A stretch of DNA of 63,843 bases, counting the filler, from Octopus bimaculoides (taxonomy: Eukaryota), in NCBI RefSeq assembly GCF_001194135.2. It is 7 parts of 5 records of this genome, joined end to end, with 100 filler letters (N's around TTAATTAATTAA, not from the genome) between each part and the next. Parts side by side here need not be neighbours in the genome. Positions count along the whole stretch, not along the records: positions 1 to 12,307 come from NC_068983.1; positions 12,408 to 23,068 come from NC_068987.1; 5 more parts are not named here. One strand, given 5' to 3'. The notes under the pieces were generated by a model that made no database searches, was not told the DNA's origin, and saw nothing but the letters and a program-made list of their open reading frames with translations. Position numbers and translations under genes: made by a program. Shown here one piece after another: positions 1 through 12,668 of this stretch (its first letter is position 1; the number at the start of each line of letters is the position of its first letter).

Positions 1-42
1 CTTTCAGGTAAAGAAATCTTCATCACAACCAAAGGCCTTGAC

Positions 43-108
<66 letters not shown>
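43..108. repeat. (ATT)n microsatellite
   Basis: Perfect ATT run. Confidence 0.95.
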
Positions 109-419
109 CACCATCATCAATATTATTTAGTTGCTTATTTTTTTCTTGTTATCGCTGTTGTTAGAAGAAAAAAACAGCCCACACGAATTTCATACTTATG
201 TATTATGTAAGTTAATGGCTGAAGCGAACTCATGAATTATTGATGACAGGATTTGCTTGTAGTCTCTCCAACCCCCTTTCTATACCACACTGTTCTACGT
301 CCAACAAAAATAGACTTCCATACAGCATGGATTCCATAAATTTGACCGTTATATAGCGACTCTTTAGTTTATCACTCTAAACTAGTGAAATAGAAACTAC
401 GACGCTTAGATATTCTAAC

Positions 420-1680
420 CGCTGTCATGAGGATCGGAGATGGAGGAGCTGGTGTTGGTATTACAATGGCGGCGGTGGTGGTAACAGTGATAATGATGTT
501 GGTACAATTTGAATGTGATAATGGTAGTGGTGCTAGTAATTGGGATTATTGTTGTGTTGTTGGTGATGGCAGAATGAGGTTGTGATAATGCTGGTGGTGT
601 TAGCAGATACAATAAATATGAAATGTAGTAGTGATGGTGGCTTCAGAATGTGATTATGAAAATGGCGGATGCAATAATAGTGTTGATCATAATAGCAGGA
701 TGTGATTGTTGTAATGCTCATGATGGCGGTGTTCGTACTGCCGTTGTTGTTGTTGTTGGTGGTGGTGGTGGTAGTGGGGGCTTAGGGAATGACAGGGACT
801 TGATACGCAGGATGTGATGCTAGGATATTAACGTTGTTGAATGTGATGACGGGTAGTAGCAATGATTATTGTTGTTGTTTAACCACAGGTCGGTTAGACC
901 TCATCCAACAGTACTACAATCAAAAGCATTCCAGCTGTGAAAGTGGTGGTGGTTTCAGCGGATGCAATGATAGTATTGAGAGTAACTACAGAATGTGATT
1001 ATGATACTGCTGTCAGAGGCGGTGGCGGTGGCGTTGGTAGCAGCGGTGATGCTGCTGGTGGTAGCTAACCTTTTCATCATTTTTTAAATATGGTGTATAT
1101 AAAACATTATACAATATCTTATTATTACCGTTTAAAAGACGATAGACTGTAGTTTGAGTGAGATTTAGTTGCTATTTTTACCAGGCAGGGTACCATGTAA
1201 TGATTCTTTAATAGGCTCATATACGATAATGATGGGAAAAGGGATAATGATGATAGTGATATCGATGGTGTTGAATGCGACGGCGACATCAGTGGCTTTG
1301 AATGAGCGATAATGTTGGTGGTGCCCGTGAGGGTGACAACCCTCAATATAGATGACACTACTGAACGTTGGTAATGACATTAGTGGTTGTTAGGATGCAA
1401 TGGTGAGGTAGTAGTTTTTTTAGGTATTTATTCACTGCGGCGCTGGCTATGGTGTCGAATGTAAAGCTGGTGGCGTTTTTTAGCCGCGCTGGAAGTGGCG
1501 TTTAGGAAACTAGCAAATGAATTAACCGTGAGTGGTGGTGGTGATGATGATGGTGACTGTGAAACTTTCAGTAGCAATGCCATAGATATATTGGTGGTCT
1601 TAGTTGTGGTGATGATGTTGGTAATAGTAATAGTAACGGTGTTCTGTTATTGTAGTTGTATAGCTCCTGGTGACCTCTGA
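420..1680. repeat. Degenerate (GGT/GAT/GTT)n low-complexity region
   Basis: Interspersed tgg/tga/tgt triplet runs. These explain the His/Thr/Ile- and Val-rich ORFs in the track. Confidence 0.8.
872..942. repeat. Dispersed repeat end with (AAC)n tail and '...caaaagcattccagc' motif
   Basis: Similar segments at ~1665-1730 and ~29920-29985, and in the opposite orientation at ~21900-22110. Confidence 0.55.
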
Positions 1681-2668
1681 TAAAACAGACCTGTGATTAA
1701 AGTTATTCCAGCCATGATCATTCCGTTTGGTAAATTTAAATATGGGGTTATCTCCTACAATATGTTGTTCCTTTCCTAATGTTATTCCTTTCCTATTTTA
1801 GGATACTAGAGATTGATTTGAGGAGGGATTTGGCTGCTATTTGATGGCTGGTGTGTGGACGTGTGAGAGAATCCCAACTGTACTTATCTTGCCGTTCTGC
1901 AGTCGTGTCTCTAAGAATAGACTAAACTACATAAAGCTAGACTAAACTAGACTACATAATCCAACGTGTTCTTTCTTTTCTAAAGCAGCAGAGTGTAATT
2001 TGAGGACGATTTGGTTACTATTCCTAAACAGGTCGAGTGACAACGTAGACATTCTGTCATTGGCTCGGGGGATGGCTTTTGGTTGCAATGGCATTTATTT
2101 TCGTAAAAGTGATGATGGTTGTGTTTATGTGAGTAATACTGGAGTGGTAGTGTTCTCAGTCACTGTGATGGATGAGGTAATAATGTAGCCGTTAATGATG
2201 ATAATGCTGTTACTGGCGGTGGTGGTGGTGGTGATTTGGTCTTGATGGTGAGCTAATGATAATGATGGTATTAATGTTGCTGTTTGCAGCGGGTAGAGTG
2301 ATGATAATAAAGTTGATGCTGTTGTTGCTGTTTTTGTTGTTTCGTCGTTGTTGTTGATGGCGGTGGCGGCGGTGGTGGTGGCGGTAGTCGTAATAGGTTT
2401 CTGAACATTGGTGGTGGCGTACGTAATATAGGCGTAGTATTGGATTGGATTATGAAGCAAAGGTTCTGGGAGGAAGCAATTTGAAAGGTCATAACATAGA
2501 AAGGGGTGAGCTGTTATATTCAGCTAATGGTTTCTTCCATTTCGCGAGAATAATCTTTTCTCTGCCATAAAGAAGAGGCATTGAACGAATTATGGTTGTT
2601 ATGAAATGGTAGCTGGTGTAGGTAGCTCTCTCAACCAAAGACGTGTGGAAAATCGAAACGCGTGTATC

Positions 2669-2945
2669 GTGTACATACATACATACATGTATATACATAT
2701 ATTCATATATTTACATACATAAAGTTATATGTACATATATTTATATATATACATAGATACACATAAATACGTATATATATATATATATATATGAATATAT
2801 ATATATATTATATATACACATACACACACATATATACATATAAATAAATATATATATTATATATATACACATATATGTATGTGTGTGTGCGTGTGTGTGT
2901 GTGCGTATGTGTGTGTGTATATAGATAGATATAATATACATTTAT
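2669..2945. repeat. (TA)n/(TG)n/(TACA)n compound microsatellite
   Basis: Direct sequence. Confidence 0.9.
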
Positions 2946-3868
2946 ACAAGGAGAGAGACAGAGAGAAGTTAGCGTGAGGGAAAGCAAAACAAAGAGTAAG
3001 AGAAGAAGGAAGAATGTATAGTAGAACAAACATGACAAGACGACAGTGATAAACAATTAGAAATATAAAAATGGAGGGAAATAAAATTAGAGAAACATGG
3101 AGAGACAGGCGGATATGTTTAGAAGGATTTCTTGAGAAAAACAAGACGAAAAGGTAAGGCGACACCGCCATATAGAGAAAGAGGATATGAGAGAGCTGTA
3201 GAGTGTGAGATGCTGAATTAGGGAAATGAGACGTTCATACATTCATGAGAAAAAGAGAGGCAATGAGAGAAAAAGAGAGCAAAGCGGGAGAAAATACCAT
3301 GCTGGTATGTGGTTATGCGATAAATAAAGATAAAAGAAAACCGGAGAAGGAAAAGAGGTACAACGCATGCGCAGGTGTGAATGTGTGAGGGAGAGTAACA
3401 GGAGAGAGCTCTGGGATGTGGTCCTTGTGTTGAGGTGAGATAACAACACGGATAATGATGCTCAGTTGTGTGTTAACAGTTGCAGTCGTAATGAAAGAAG
3501 CTTTATTAGCATTCGTTATTAAAATACACAAGCAAATAAATTAAGGAGTCTCTATGTGGTTACCAAAACTGCTAGGAATAGCAGCCAAATTTTCTTTAAT
3601 TCTCAACTTACTGTCTTCACGAAGGGAAATATTTGTCATTGCCGTCCTAGACATCCCAAATATGGATGGTCATGGATAGAACGCCTTTGAATATAGGTAT
3701 TTTGGACTCGATTCACAACAAAGAAGCATTGATAATTATAAATAAACGAACAAATAAATATTAGACCTGTATTGATACATTCGTTAGACACTTAGGTTAG
3801 ACGTTTTACTTACGACAACAATGTTATGAGGAAACGCATGAAAGCCATCACCTCCAGTTTTCTTTCAG

Positions 3869-4009
3869 AAAATTATGACTCATTTTGCTCATGTCAGAAA
3901 GAGAAAGACAGACAGTCCGACAGAAGAATTGATAGATCGACAAGGAGGAAAAGTCGAAAAGCTGTATTTAAAATCGATCTATCTAAAAAATCTAGTCCTG
4001 GAGTATATG
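3869..4009 (+). CDS. Candidate internal coding exon, 47 codons (KIMTHFAHVRKRKTDSPTEELIDRQGGKVEKLYLKSIYLKNLVLEYM); host gene unidentified
   Basis: Acceptor ttttctttcag| at 3868, donor ATG|gtaggt at 4010, 141 nt open in phase 0-0, non-repetitive composition. Not confirmed by homology. Confidence 0.4.
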
Positions 4010-4119
4010 GTAGGTGAGTGAGAGAACAATTTTTGAATGAGTAACTAAACATGAGGATACCTTGCGTCAATAAGATATTTATTCTACATCTTAAAGTATA
4101 TTAAATAATTTACTCTAAT

Positions 4120-4260
4120 ATCTTATTCTATCGGACTCTTTTCCCGAACCGCTAGTTTACGGCTATAGTGGAAAACACTTACCCAAGGTGTCACAGTAGG
4201 ACTGAACCCGGTACCATGTGGCAGGGATGCAAGCTTCTTGTCACAAAACTACGCCTGCGC
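4120..4260 (-). mobile_element. tRNA-derived SINE family A, internally deleted
   Basis: Matches the copies at 8513-8940 and 16768-17207 (cacttacccaaggtg...ggactgaacc...aagcttctt). Confidence 0.75.
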
Positions 4261-7200
4261 ATATATATATATATATANNNNNNNNNNNNNNNNNNNNNNN
4301 NNNNNNNNNNNNNNNNNNNNNNNNNNNNNNNNNNNNNNNNNNNNNNNNNNNNNNNNNNNNNNNNNNNNNNNNNNNNNNNNNNNNNNNNNNNNNNNNNNNN
4401 NNNNNNNNNNNNNNNNNNNNNNNNNNNNNNNNNNNNNNNNNNNNNNNNNNNNNNNNNNNNNNNNNNNNNNNNNNNNNNNNNNNNNNNNNNNNNNNNNNNN
4501 NNNNNNNNNNNNNNNNNNNNNNNNNNNNNNNNNNNNNNNNNNNNNNNNNNNNNNNNNNNNNNNNNNNNNNNNNNNNNNNNNNNNNNNNNNNNNNNNNNNN
4601 NNNNNNNNNNNNNNNNNNNNNNNNNNNNNNNNNNNNNNNNNNNNNNNNNNNNNNNNNNNNNNNNNNNNNNNNNNNNNNNNNNNNNNNNNNNNNNNNNNNN
4701 NNNNNNNNNNNNNNNNNNNNNNNNNNNNNNNNNNNNNNNNNNNNNNNNNNNNNNNNNNNNNNNNNNNNNNNNNNNNNNNNNNNNNNNNNNNNNNNNNNAT
4801 ATATATACATATACACATACACACACTCGTTTATCAATTTGTGTTGCAAGATTCCTTATATATATATAATTATTTATATGAATATATACATGTATATGTA
4901 TGTACACACATATAACAAAGATATATCAATTTTAACTGGCCCTAATTAATGCTATTTATCTTGGAGTTCCCGGGTAAATGTCATCAACAAGTTGTGAAAC
5001 TTTATGATTATTTTAGGAAAAGATTCGTAAGTATAGACTGTTAGTTACAGACACCTCTCCACACTGACGCCTGACACCGGTGGACACTGTTCGAATGGAA
5101 ACATATTGTATGCTGTAGTAATACAAATATCTTCCATGGAATAAGGTGTCTAGTAGCAGTATCTTTGTACGCGTTTCGCAGATGTAACAGTAATAAATAC
5201 AGATTTGCGTTCTTAAATATAATGCATTTTATTTCAAGTAATACTAAATCTGCTCTACAATTATAATATTTCGGTAGTTCGTCACACTCGAGTATGTGCA
5301 ATGCCCAAGTTACCACATAATTTGAATTCAAGAGACTGTGAATAGGAATTTAAGATACAATGAATTTGCTTTCAAGATTCTCATATTAATATTGTAATAC
5401 CTTGTTCACTCAATCATCCCTCTTCTCCACATCACATATCTATTTCATTTTGATCGAATTTTATTAATGAGACGATTTCATTAGTCGTTGAAAAACCTTG
5501 TATTGTTCCTCTGATTTGAACTCTGCACTGCAAGTAAAATCAACAACAGCTACAGCAACAACAACAACAACACAATGTAGCGCTCTATCTATTTGGAGTA
5601 GAGAATTGTTCCTGTCCACAACCGTTATTTTACGACTAAGTGGTGCTTCTGGCTATCATGTGTTAAGCGATATATAAACCGACGCCAACACCCCCAGTAA
5701 TCAAAATTTATACAAATGATGTATAGATTTTGTTGAAACAATCTGCTATATGACCATTAAATAAACTCTTCCAAAATTTACACAGTCGGCTCTGTTAGTT
5801 TTAATCTTTGTCGATGCTTAGTTGTTTTGGAGTTCGGCCAAATTAACTTCCGCATTAGACATCTTTTACAGATACACATATGCATAAATATATGTATGCA
5901 TAGCACATACACACGCACACGCGCGCGTATATTCGCCCAGATGTATATACTATATATTATATTATATGACATTATATTATATCCCGGTAACTTAGGTTGA
6001 TAGAGTAACCAGTTACAATTCAATGAATTTGGTTGTGACGACTGTATTATCTTCACAATCTCTTTAAGTAGTAACCTTTTCAGTATCGAAAGAGATGGTC
6101 TCTATTAAGAGTAGAAATTTCACTTCATTGTTACGTTCAGATAAAAGCAAACACATATTTTGTTAGTATAATTGGTCGGCAGTAAACATCTGTATGTATG
6201 TATATCTATGTATGTATATTATATATTTGTGTGTTACTTTAGATATTAAGTTAAATAACACACAAATAGAAACCTAATTGAAGACATTTTAATTATGCTA
6301 TTAACACTTTTAAACAAAGACATAAACATCACACAATTTATTATTTTTTGTTTTTCTTCCAAAAAAATTAGGTTGTGAGGATAAATAGTAGAATAGTCTA
6401 CAGTCTAAATAAGTATTAATCATAAATATAATGACACTAAAGTCTCAGAGACCATAGGGTGTCTACACAGTCATTTACTTAGATCGATTTCATAATTATA
6501 CCCATTATGTCCAAGAATATGGCCCTATGTCAGTCCAGTTCAAGAAATTAGTACCTAAATTAATGTATATATTTGTGTGTGTACGTGTGTGTGTGTATCG
6601 CACGCAAAAGTAAAATGTCAGTCAAACGAATTTCCTTATGCAGCTCATTATGCAATATTTATTTGTATTATAATAATAATAATAGTTTAGACAGTGTCAG
6701 TTGACAACTTGCTGGGACTGCCTGCTGGAGCCTACGGCGGGTAAGACTACGCGCCCTCTATTGGTCAGTTAAAATTTAGACAGTGTCACGTGACAACTTG
6801 CTGGGGCTGCCTGCTGGAGCCTAGCAGCAGGTATTTAAAGGGAAATTTGACAAGACAGTCAGTCGGCCGCTGATACTCGTTGATGCTGCATCGAAGAGGC
6901 CAGGGAATAGAAGAAAGAAGACATGCGCTCAACACCAGAGCTGAAGACACCACCGAATGTGGGGGGGGGAGGCACCACGTCGTCAAAACAGTAGAGGATT
7001 ATTACTTGCTCTGACCATGGCTCACTTCCTGCGCTCGCGACTCTTCATCAGCGAAGCGTGGGATCAAAGAACTGGCAAAAAGGTAGCTTCAGACGGTGCA
7101 ACACGATGGCCTCCATTTTGAATGCTTGACTGCTTTTGTTGTAATTTGACGAATAAAGTAAATAAGTTACCAAAATATTGCAAAACTTTTAACACAATAC

Positions 7201-7674
7201 AATATATTGTCATCCTCATGTAATTCATTCACAGAATTAATATGTAAGTAAACTGTGAATGCTATTAGAAAAACCTTCATATTTAACTGATGTAGGTGTT
7301 AGTTGTATAATTTTGGATGTCAAGATACATTTACTTTTTACATATTTTACACTATTTTAATAAAAAAAAGTGTTAAATACAGTATAATAGATATAAGAAA
7401 ATGCTGCAAAATTTAAATGAACGCATATTTAACCATAAATAATCGCTGGAAATAGTGCAAGATACTAGATGATGGAAAAATTAACGAATAGTTTTTCATT
7501 TATATTGACAATGGAAAAAATATTCATAGGGTGACTTATAGTATTCGATTCTAACATTAGGATTTCCATTTCACTATTACTTTACATGTACCATTGGAGA
7601 ATTAAATTCTCTATGTAGATACTGATTTCAAGATAAAGAATATAAATAAATATACAGATGTAAAATTGTAAATA

Positions 7675-8060
7675 CAGGGTGGGCCAAAATTCACGCAGCA
7701 AAATATTTGCGATTTTATTTATATTCCGTTATTAATATTATTATTAATTTTGTTCATTATGCACCAGTACGCATGCATCCATCATTTTTCTTATTCTATT
7801 TTTGAAAAATTTAACCATATCTTTGACAATTCTGGTACGTTTAGAACTTATTTTATGCCTAACTTATGGTCCACACTGTAATACTCTACTCTTGATACCT
7901 ACCTCTACATAGAAACACTGTCTAAAAAAATAAAACCTTTGATATCTACTTCCAAAGGCTAGGCATGGCATTCATGCTTTTCTCACAGACAGCTTCTCGA
8001 AATAAAGTAAAATGACTGTTCATTTCAAATATTAACTTCTTGCTTCAGTGAAAGTTCACA
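7675..8060. mobile_element. Tc1/mariner-type terminus (TA|CAGGGTGGGCCAAAA) with decayed interior
   Basis: TA followed by a Tc1-like TIR start. No second TIR found. Confidence 0.35.
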
Positions 8061-8512
8061 AATATTTGCAGCAAAGGGAAAACGTTTTGAGTTGATGACT
8101 TGCTCAACAAATATTTGTTATGAGTGATGTAACTTCAAACGAATATCTGCAGGGGACTAAAATGGGTGTAATGAAGTATATCTACATCAGTTTGACTGCA
8201 TTATCAAGACTGAATATAAGAGAGATAAATAATCGAACTTAGAGAGCTTAGAGGAAATTTATTACATGTTGCAGGGTTTTACATCTAATGTTTTATCGCT
8301 TCTGATATTAATTTTAAAAAGGATTTCCTTTAATACATGAGGTATAAAGGCAGCCTTTCTGAATGTCCTTGGTAAAGATAGATGATTCGAATGAACTCTA
8401 GCCCATTACTGGTTTTGCATTATCTAACCAAGACTAACGAAAGAACTGATTTAAATATGAACATCATTTATAGAACCAAAATCACAGAAAGTTACCTTTT
8501 ACCTTTTACTTG

Positions 8513-8940
8513 ATGTAGTCATTGGACTGCAGTCATACTGCGGAATTGGCTTAATGTATGTGGTCGAACAAATCAACCCCAGTGCTTATATTAAAGTCTG
8601 GTACTAATTCTTGTGACCTCATTTGCAGAACTGCTGAGTTACGGAGACATAAACAAACACCAGTTGTCAAACAATGGTGGGAGACAAACAGACACTTTTA
8701 TATATGTTTTAAATATGTGTGTATGTTTATACACACACATACATAAATACATACATAGACACACTTACACACACACACACAATGAGAAATAGCACGTTTT
8801 CCGTCTAGCATATTCACTCGCAAGGCATTGGTTGGCCCGGATCTATAGTAGGAGACACTTGCCCAAGGTACGGTGTAGTAGGACTGAACCAGAAACCAAG
8901 TGTTTACAAGGTGAGCTTCTTAACCTCACATCAATTCCTG
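8513..8940 (-). mobile_element. tRNA-derived SINE family A, near full length
   Basis: Head, central (CA)n and tail (gtcattggactgcagtcat) are collinear with 16768-17207. Confidence 0.8.
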
Positions 8941-9450
8941 AAAAAAAGAAATTTTTTAAAATAAAAACAGCACCATTATGGCAAAGGATCGAACACAATA
9001 CAATGACTTCTTCATGATAAGAATTTAAAGAGAAATTTTACTACGATATGGTAATTAAAATCAATTCAGGTGAAGTCTTTCAAATATATTCTTCTCTTCT
9101 CACTTTCGTAATAACGTTTTAAAGATGTTATTATTTTAATGGCAAATCCTAACAACAAATAAAGTGTTTACATTTATTCAATTTATTTTTCGATGATACG
9201 AATTTGTTATTGTTGTTGTTGGAACAAATTGCCTTGTCACGGCATAAACAAATGTTTTCTCATTAGTGATTACCAGGATTATTGTTATTCTTTCATGAAT
9301 ATCTTCTTCTCATCAAACCTTCACCTAATCATCGGTCATATGTAAGTTTTCAAAGCAATTTTAGTTGTTTAAATGGCGCTTATAATCAATGAAAGCTGTC
9401 AGGCAAACAAACTAGTTTCAAGTTTTTTCTTTTAAAATGAATTCTTAAGC

Positions 9451-9451
9451 A

Positions 9452-9502
<51 letters not shown>

Positions 9503-9504
9503 CA

Positions 9505-9554
<50 letters not shown>
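9451..9554. repeat. (TAC)n microsatellite with (CAC)n interruption
   Basis: Direct sequence. Confidence 0.95.
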
Positions 9555-9555
<1 letters not shown>

Positions 9556-9859
9556 AATTTTGTTTTACTGATGATCATAAAGATTACCGTTGATACAGAA
9601 ATTCTATTGATTTAAATTTATAAAGAGTAAATAACGACATTTACTAAAGAAAATTAATATCATCATCACGAACGAAAGTTTTCCTTTGTTTTTTCTATCT
9701 CTTTACTTTAATAATTCTTATAATGGAAAGACATTCTACAAAGCACATTACGTACCCGTCCCACACATACACACTCTTTCATTTACATATGCATATATGC
9801 ATATAATCATATACATGTGCATACACAGACACGGTATTTGTCTTTATATGTTTCTGTGT

Positions 9860-9900
<41 letters not shown>

Positions 9901-10024
9901 TGTGTGGGCGACAACGTCACCTTCGAGGACACTTCGAAGTGACTATCAATCAAAAAATTAGTAACATTTGATCTACATATACGGCAAGCCCCGTTTTTCA
10001 GTTAATTTTCGCAGTTTTATTTAA

Positions 10025-10060
<36 letters not shown>

Positions 10061-10956
10061 ACACACANNNNNNNNNNNNNNNNNNNNNNNNNNNNNNNNN
10101 NNNNNNNNNNNNNNNNNNNNNNNNNNNNNNNNNNNNNNNNNNNNNNNNNNNNNNNNNNNNNNNNNNNNNNNNNNNNNNNNNNNNNNNNNNNNNNNNNNNN
10201 NNNNNNNNNNNNNNNNNNNNNNNNNNNNNNNNNNNNNNNNNNNNNNNNNNNNNNNNNNNNNNNNNNNNNNNNNNNNNNNNNNNNNNNNNNNNNNNNNNNN
10301 NNNNNNNNNNNNNNNNNNNNNNNNNNNNNNNNNNNNNNNNNNNNNNNNNNNNNNNNNNNNNNNNNNNNNNNNNNNNNNNNNNNNNNNNNNNNNNNNNNNN
10401 NNNNNNNNNNNNNNNNNNNNNNNNNNNNNNNNNNNNNNNNNNNNNNNNNNNNNNNNNNNNNNNNNNNNNNNNNNNNNNNNNNNNNNNNNNNNNNNNNNNN
10501 NNNNNNNNNNNNNNNNNNNNNNNNNNNNNNNNNNNNNNNNNNNNNNNNNNNNNNNNNNNNNNNNNNNNNNNNNNNNNNNNNNNNNNNNNNNNNNNNNNNN
10601 NNNNNNNNNNNNNNNNNNNNNNNNNNNNNNNNNNNNNNNNNNNNNNNNNNNNNNNNNNNNNNNNNNNNNNNNNNNNNNNNNNNNNNNNNNNNNNNNNNNN
10701 NNNNNNNNNNNNNNNNNNNNNNNNNNNNNNNNNNNNNNNNNNNNNNNNNNNNNNNNNNNNNNNNNNNNNNNNNNNNNNNNNNNNNNNNNNNNNNNNNNNN
10801 NNNNNNNNNNNNNNNNNNNNNNNNNNNNNNNNNNNNNNNNNNNNNNNNNNNNNNNNNNNNNNNNNNNNNNNNNNNNNNNNNNNNNNNNNNNNNNNNNNNN
10901 NNNNNNNNNNNNNNNNNNNNNNNNNNNNNNNNNNNNNNNNNNNNNNNNNNNTATAT

Positions 10957-11345
10957 GGTTGCGGGAGGACAAACTGCGGCACCTGTCGTTACCTAAATGA
11001 GGTGCCAGAATTTAAATTCACAGATGACCAAACCTTCAAAGTTAAGTCCAATCTCACCTGCCACACGGAAAATTTGATTAACGTAATGACATTCAATGGT
11101 TGCTAACATAATTGCCAACGGTCGGATTGTTACACAATAGAATAACAACCCATTGTCAAAAGATCTGAGACAAAAGCACAAGGAAAAACTCCTTAACCTG
11201 TGCAGGAAAGGCCTTACCAAATTTCAAATATTTCCCCTCTACAAGTCCTCAGATTCCTTGAAACAACAACAAAGACTAAAAGAAAGACAATTTATTAACA
11301 AGTATAAACTACAATCAAATATAGACCCAACTACAACCAATAAAT
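10957..11345 (+). pseudogene. Penelope-like element GIY-YIG endonuclease remnant
   Basis: Translates GCGRTNCGTCRYLNEVPEFKFTDDQTFKVKSNLTCHTENLINVMTFNGC*, then RITTHCQKI and FQIFPLYK...QRLKERQFINKYK. This is the CxxxxCxxC linker plus GIY-YIG pattern of PLE endonucleases, with stops and frameshifts. Confidence 0.8.
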
Positions 11346-11444
11346 AAGAACAGACACTTAAAAACAGTTTCATACATATTATTATCGTTTTGAAAAATAC
11401 TTCCCCTCATTTCGTAAATTTTTTTTTCAATATTCATATATGCC

Positions 11445-11848
11445 AGCACACACACACAAACACGCGCACATGCACAAAAAAGAAAACATCGGAAAAAACA
11501 CACGCACATACAAAAGAAAACATCACAAAAAACACATACGCACAACTCTGTACACTCACACAACATACACACAAAAGTAAACATCGCAAAAAACACACAT
11601 GCACAAACACATCCACACATACACTCACACACATGCACACACACACACACACGTAGACACACACACACGTAGACACACACATACAGTTGGTGACTACACA
11701 TATACGCACAGTTGGAGACACTCAAAACAATACATCGAACCCAAAGAAAAATCCAAGACATTCTTCACAACATACACACCCATCAACTCACAGCTGGTCA
11801 TTTTCTAAACATATTGAAAGGACATTCAACACGATACACTCATGCACG

Positions 11849-11930
<82 letters not shown>
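11445..11930. repeat. (CA)n-rich compound repeat
   Basis: Direct sequence. Confidence 0.9.
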
Positions 11931-11931
<1 letters not shown>

Positions 11932-12140
11932 GCAGGTAGACATAAAACCCATTCAATAAATGCTTTTTAGCCACTCACTTGGCAGGAACACACAAAGATT
12001 TCTTTTAGACAATAGACACTCCTTCTCTCACTCTCTAACACTTTGAACTCTATACCAAGTTATATTTAAAGAAACCATCAATGAAAAATCTCCAGACATG
12101 TTCTTGACCCGCAGACAGAAGATATTTATAAATTCGTACT

Positions 12141-12180
12141 GATATTTGATGAGATGAGATACATCGGAACTCGTAATATT
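12141..12180 (+). ncRNA. Degenerate minimal type-I hammerhead ribozyme
   Basis: GAUAU-UUGAUGA-GAUG(AGAUA)CAUC-GGAA-C(UC)G-UA-AUAUU. Stems I and II pair; two core substitutions. Lies downstream of the Penelope remnant on the same strand. Confidence 0.5.
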
Positions 12181-12275
12181 TTCTTTATATAATTTTTAAA
12201 TCATTTTTATTAAAAATTCCCTCTTAAATTGAAATATTTTAGACTTACTTCTGTGCTATTTCCATCTCCATCTAT

Positions 12276-12307
<32 letters not shown>

Positions 12308-12407
12308 NNNNNNNNNNNNNNNNNNNNNNNNNNNNNNNNNNNNNNNNNNNNTTAATTAATTAANNNNNNNNNNNNNNNNNNNNNNNNNNNNNNNNNNNNN
12401 NNNNNNN
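12308..12407. other. Artificial 100-bp scaffold linker N44-TTAATTAATTAA-N44 (first of six)
   Basis: The same 12-mer is centred in N runs at 12352, 23113, 31383, 41314, 58044 and 62487. Confidence 0.9.
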
Positions 12408-12514
12408 TTTCGGGGTCGATAAATTAAGTACCAGTGAAATGCTGCAGGCAATGTAATCAACTATCCCCTTCCCCCAAATTTCAGGCCTTGTGCCTTTAGT
12501 GAAAGATATTATTA

Positions 12515-12584
<70 letters not shown>

Positions 12585-12668
12585 CAACAAAATTAAGTAC
12601 TAGGATTGATGATGTCAACTGATCCACTCACCTCAAAATTGCTAGCCTTTGAGTCTAAATTAGGAACC
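12408..12668 (+). mobile_element. Two 3' fragments of SINE family B separated by (ATT)n
   Basis: tttcggggtcgataaattaagtaccag...cccccaaatttcaggccttgtgcc matches 48185-48335. Confidence 0.7.

Noticed and set aside
4168-4949. Long ORFs spanning N runs (also at 10.0-11.0, 23.1-24.2, 33.8-34.4, 37.1-37.6, 46.5-47.5, 59.0-59.5 and 63.1-63.8 kb)
   Set aside because: They are open only because N codons translate as X and the flanking dinucleotide repeats lack stops.
6942-6975. CTGAAGA plus CCAC/GTGG stem
   Set aside because: Followed by a G-run instead of GAAA, so not a hammerhead.
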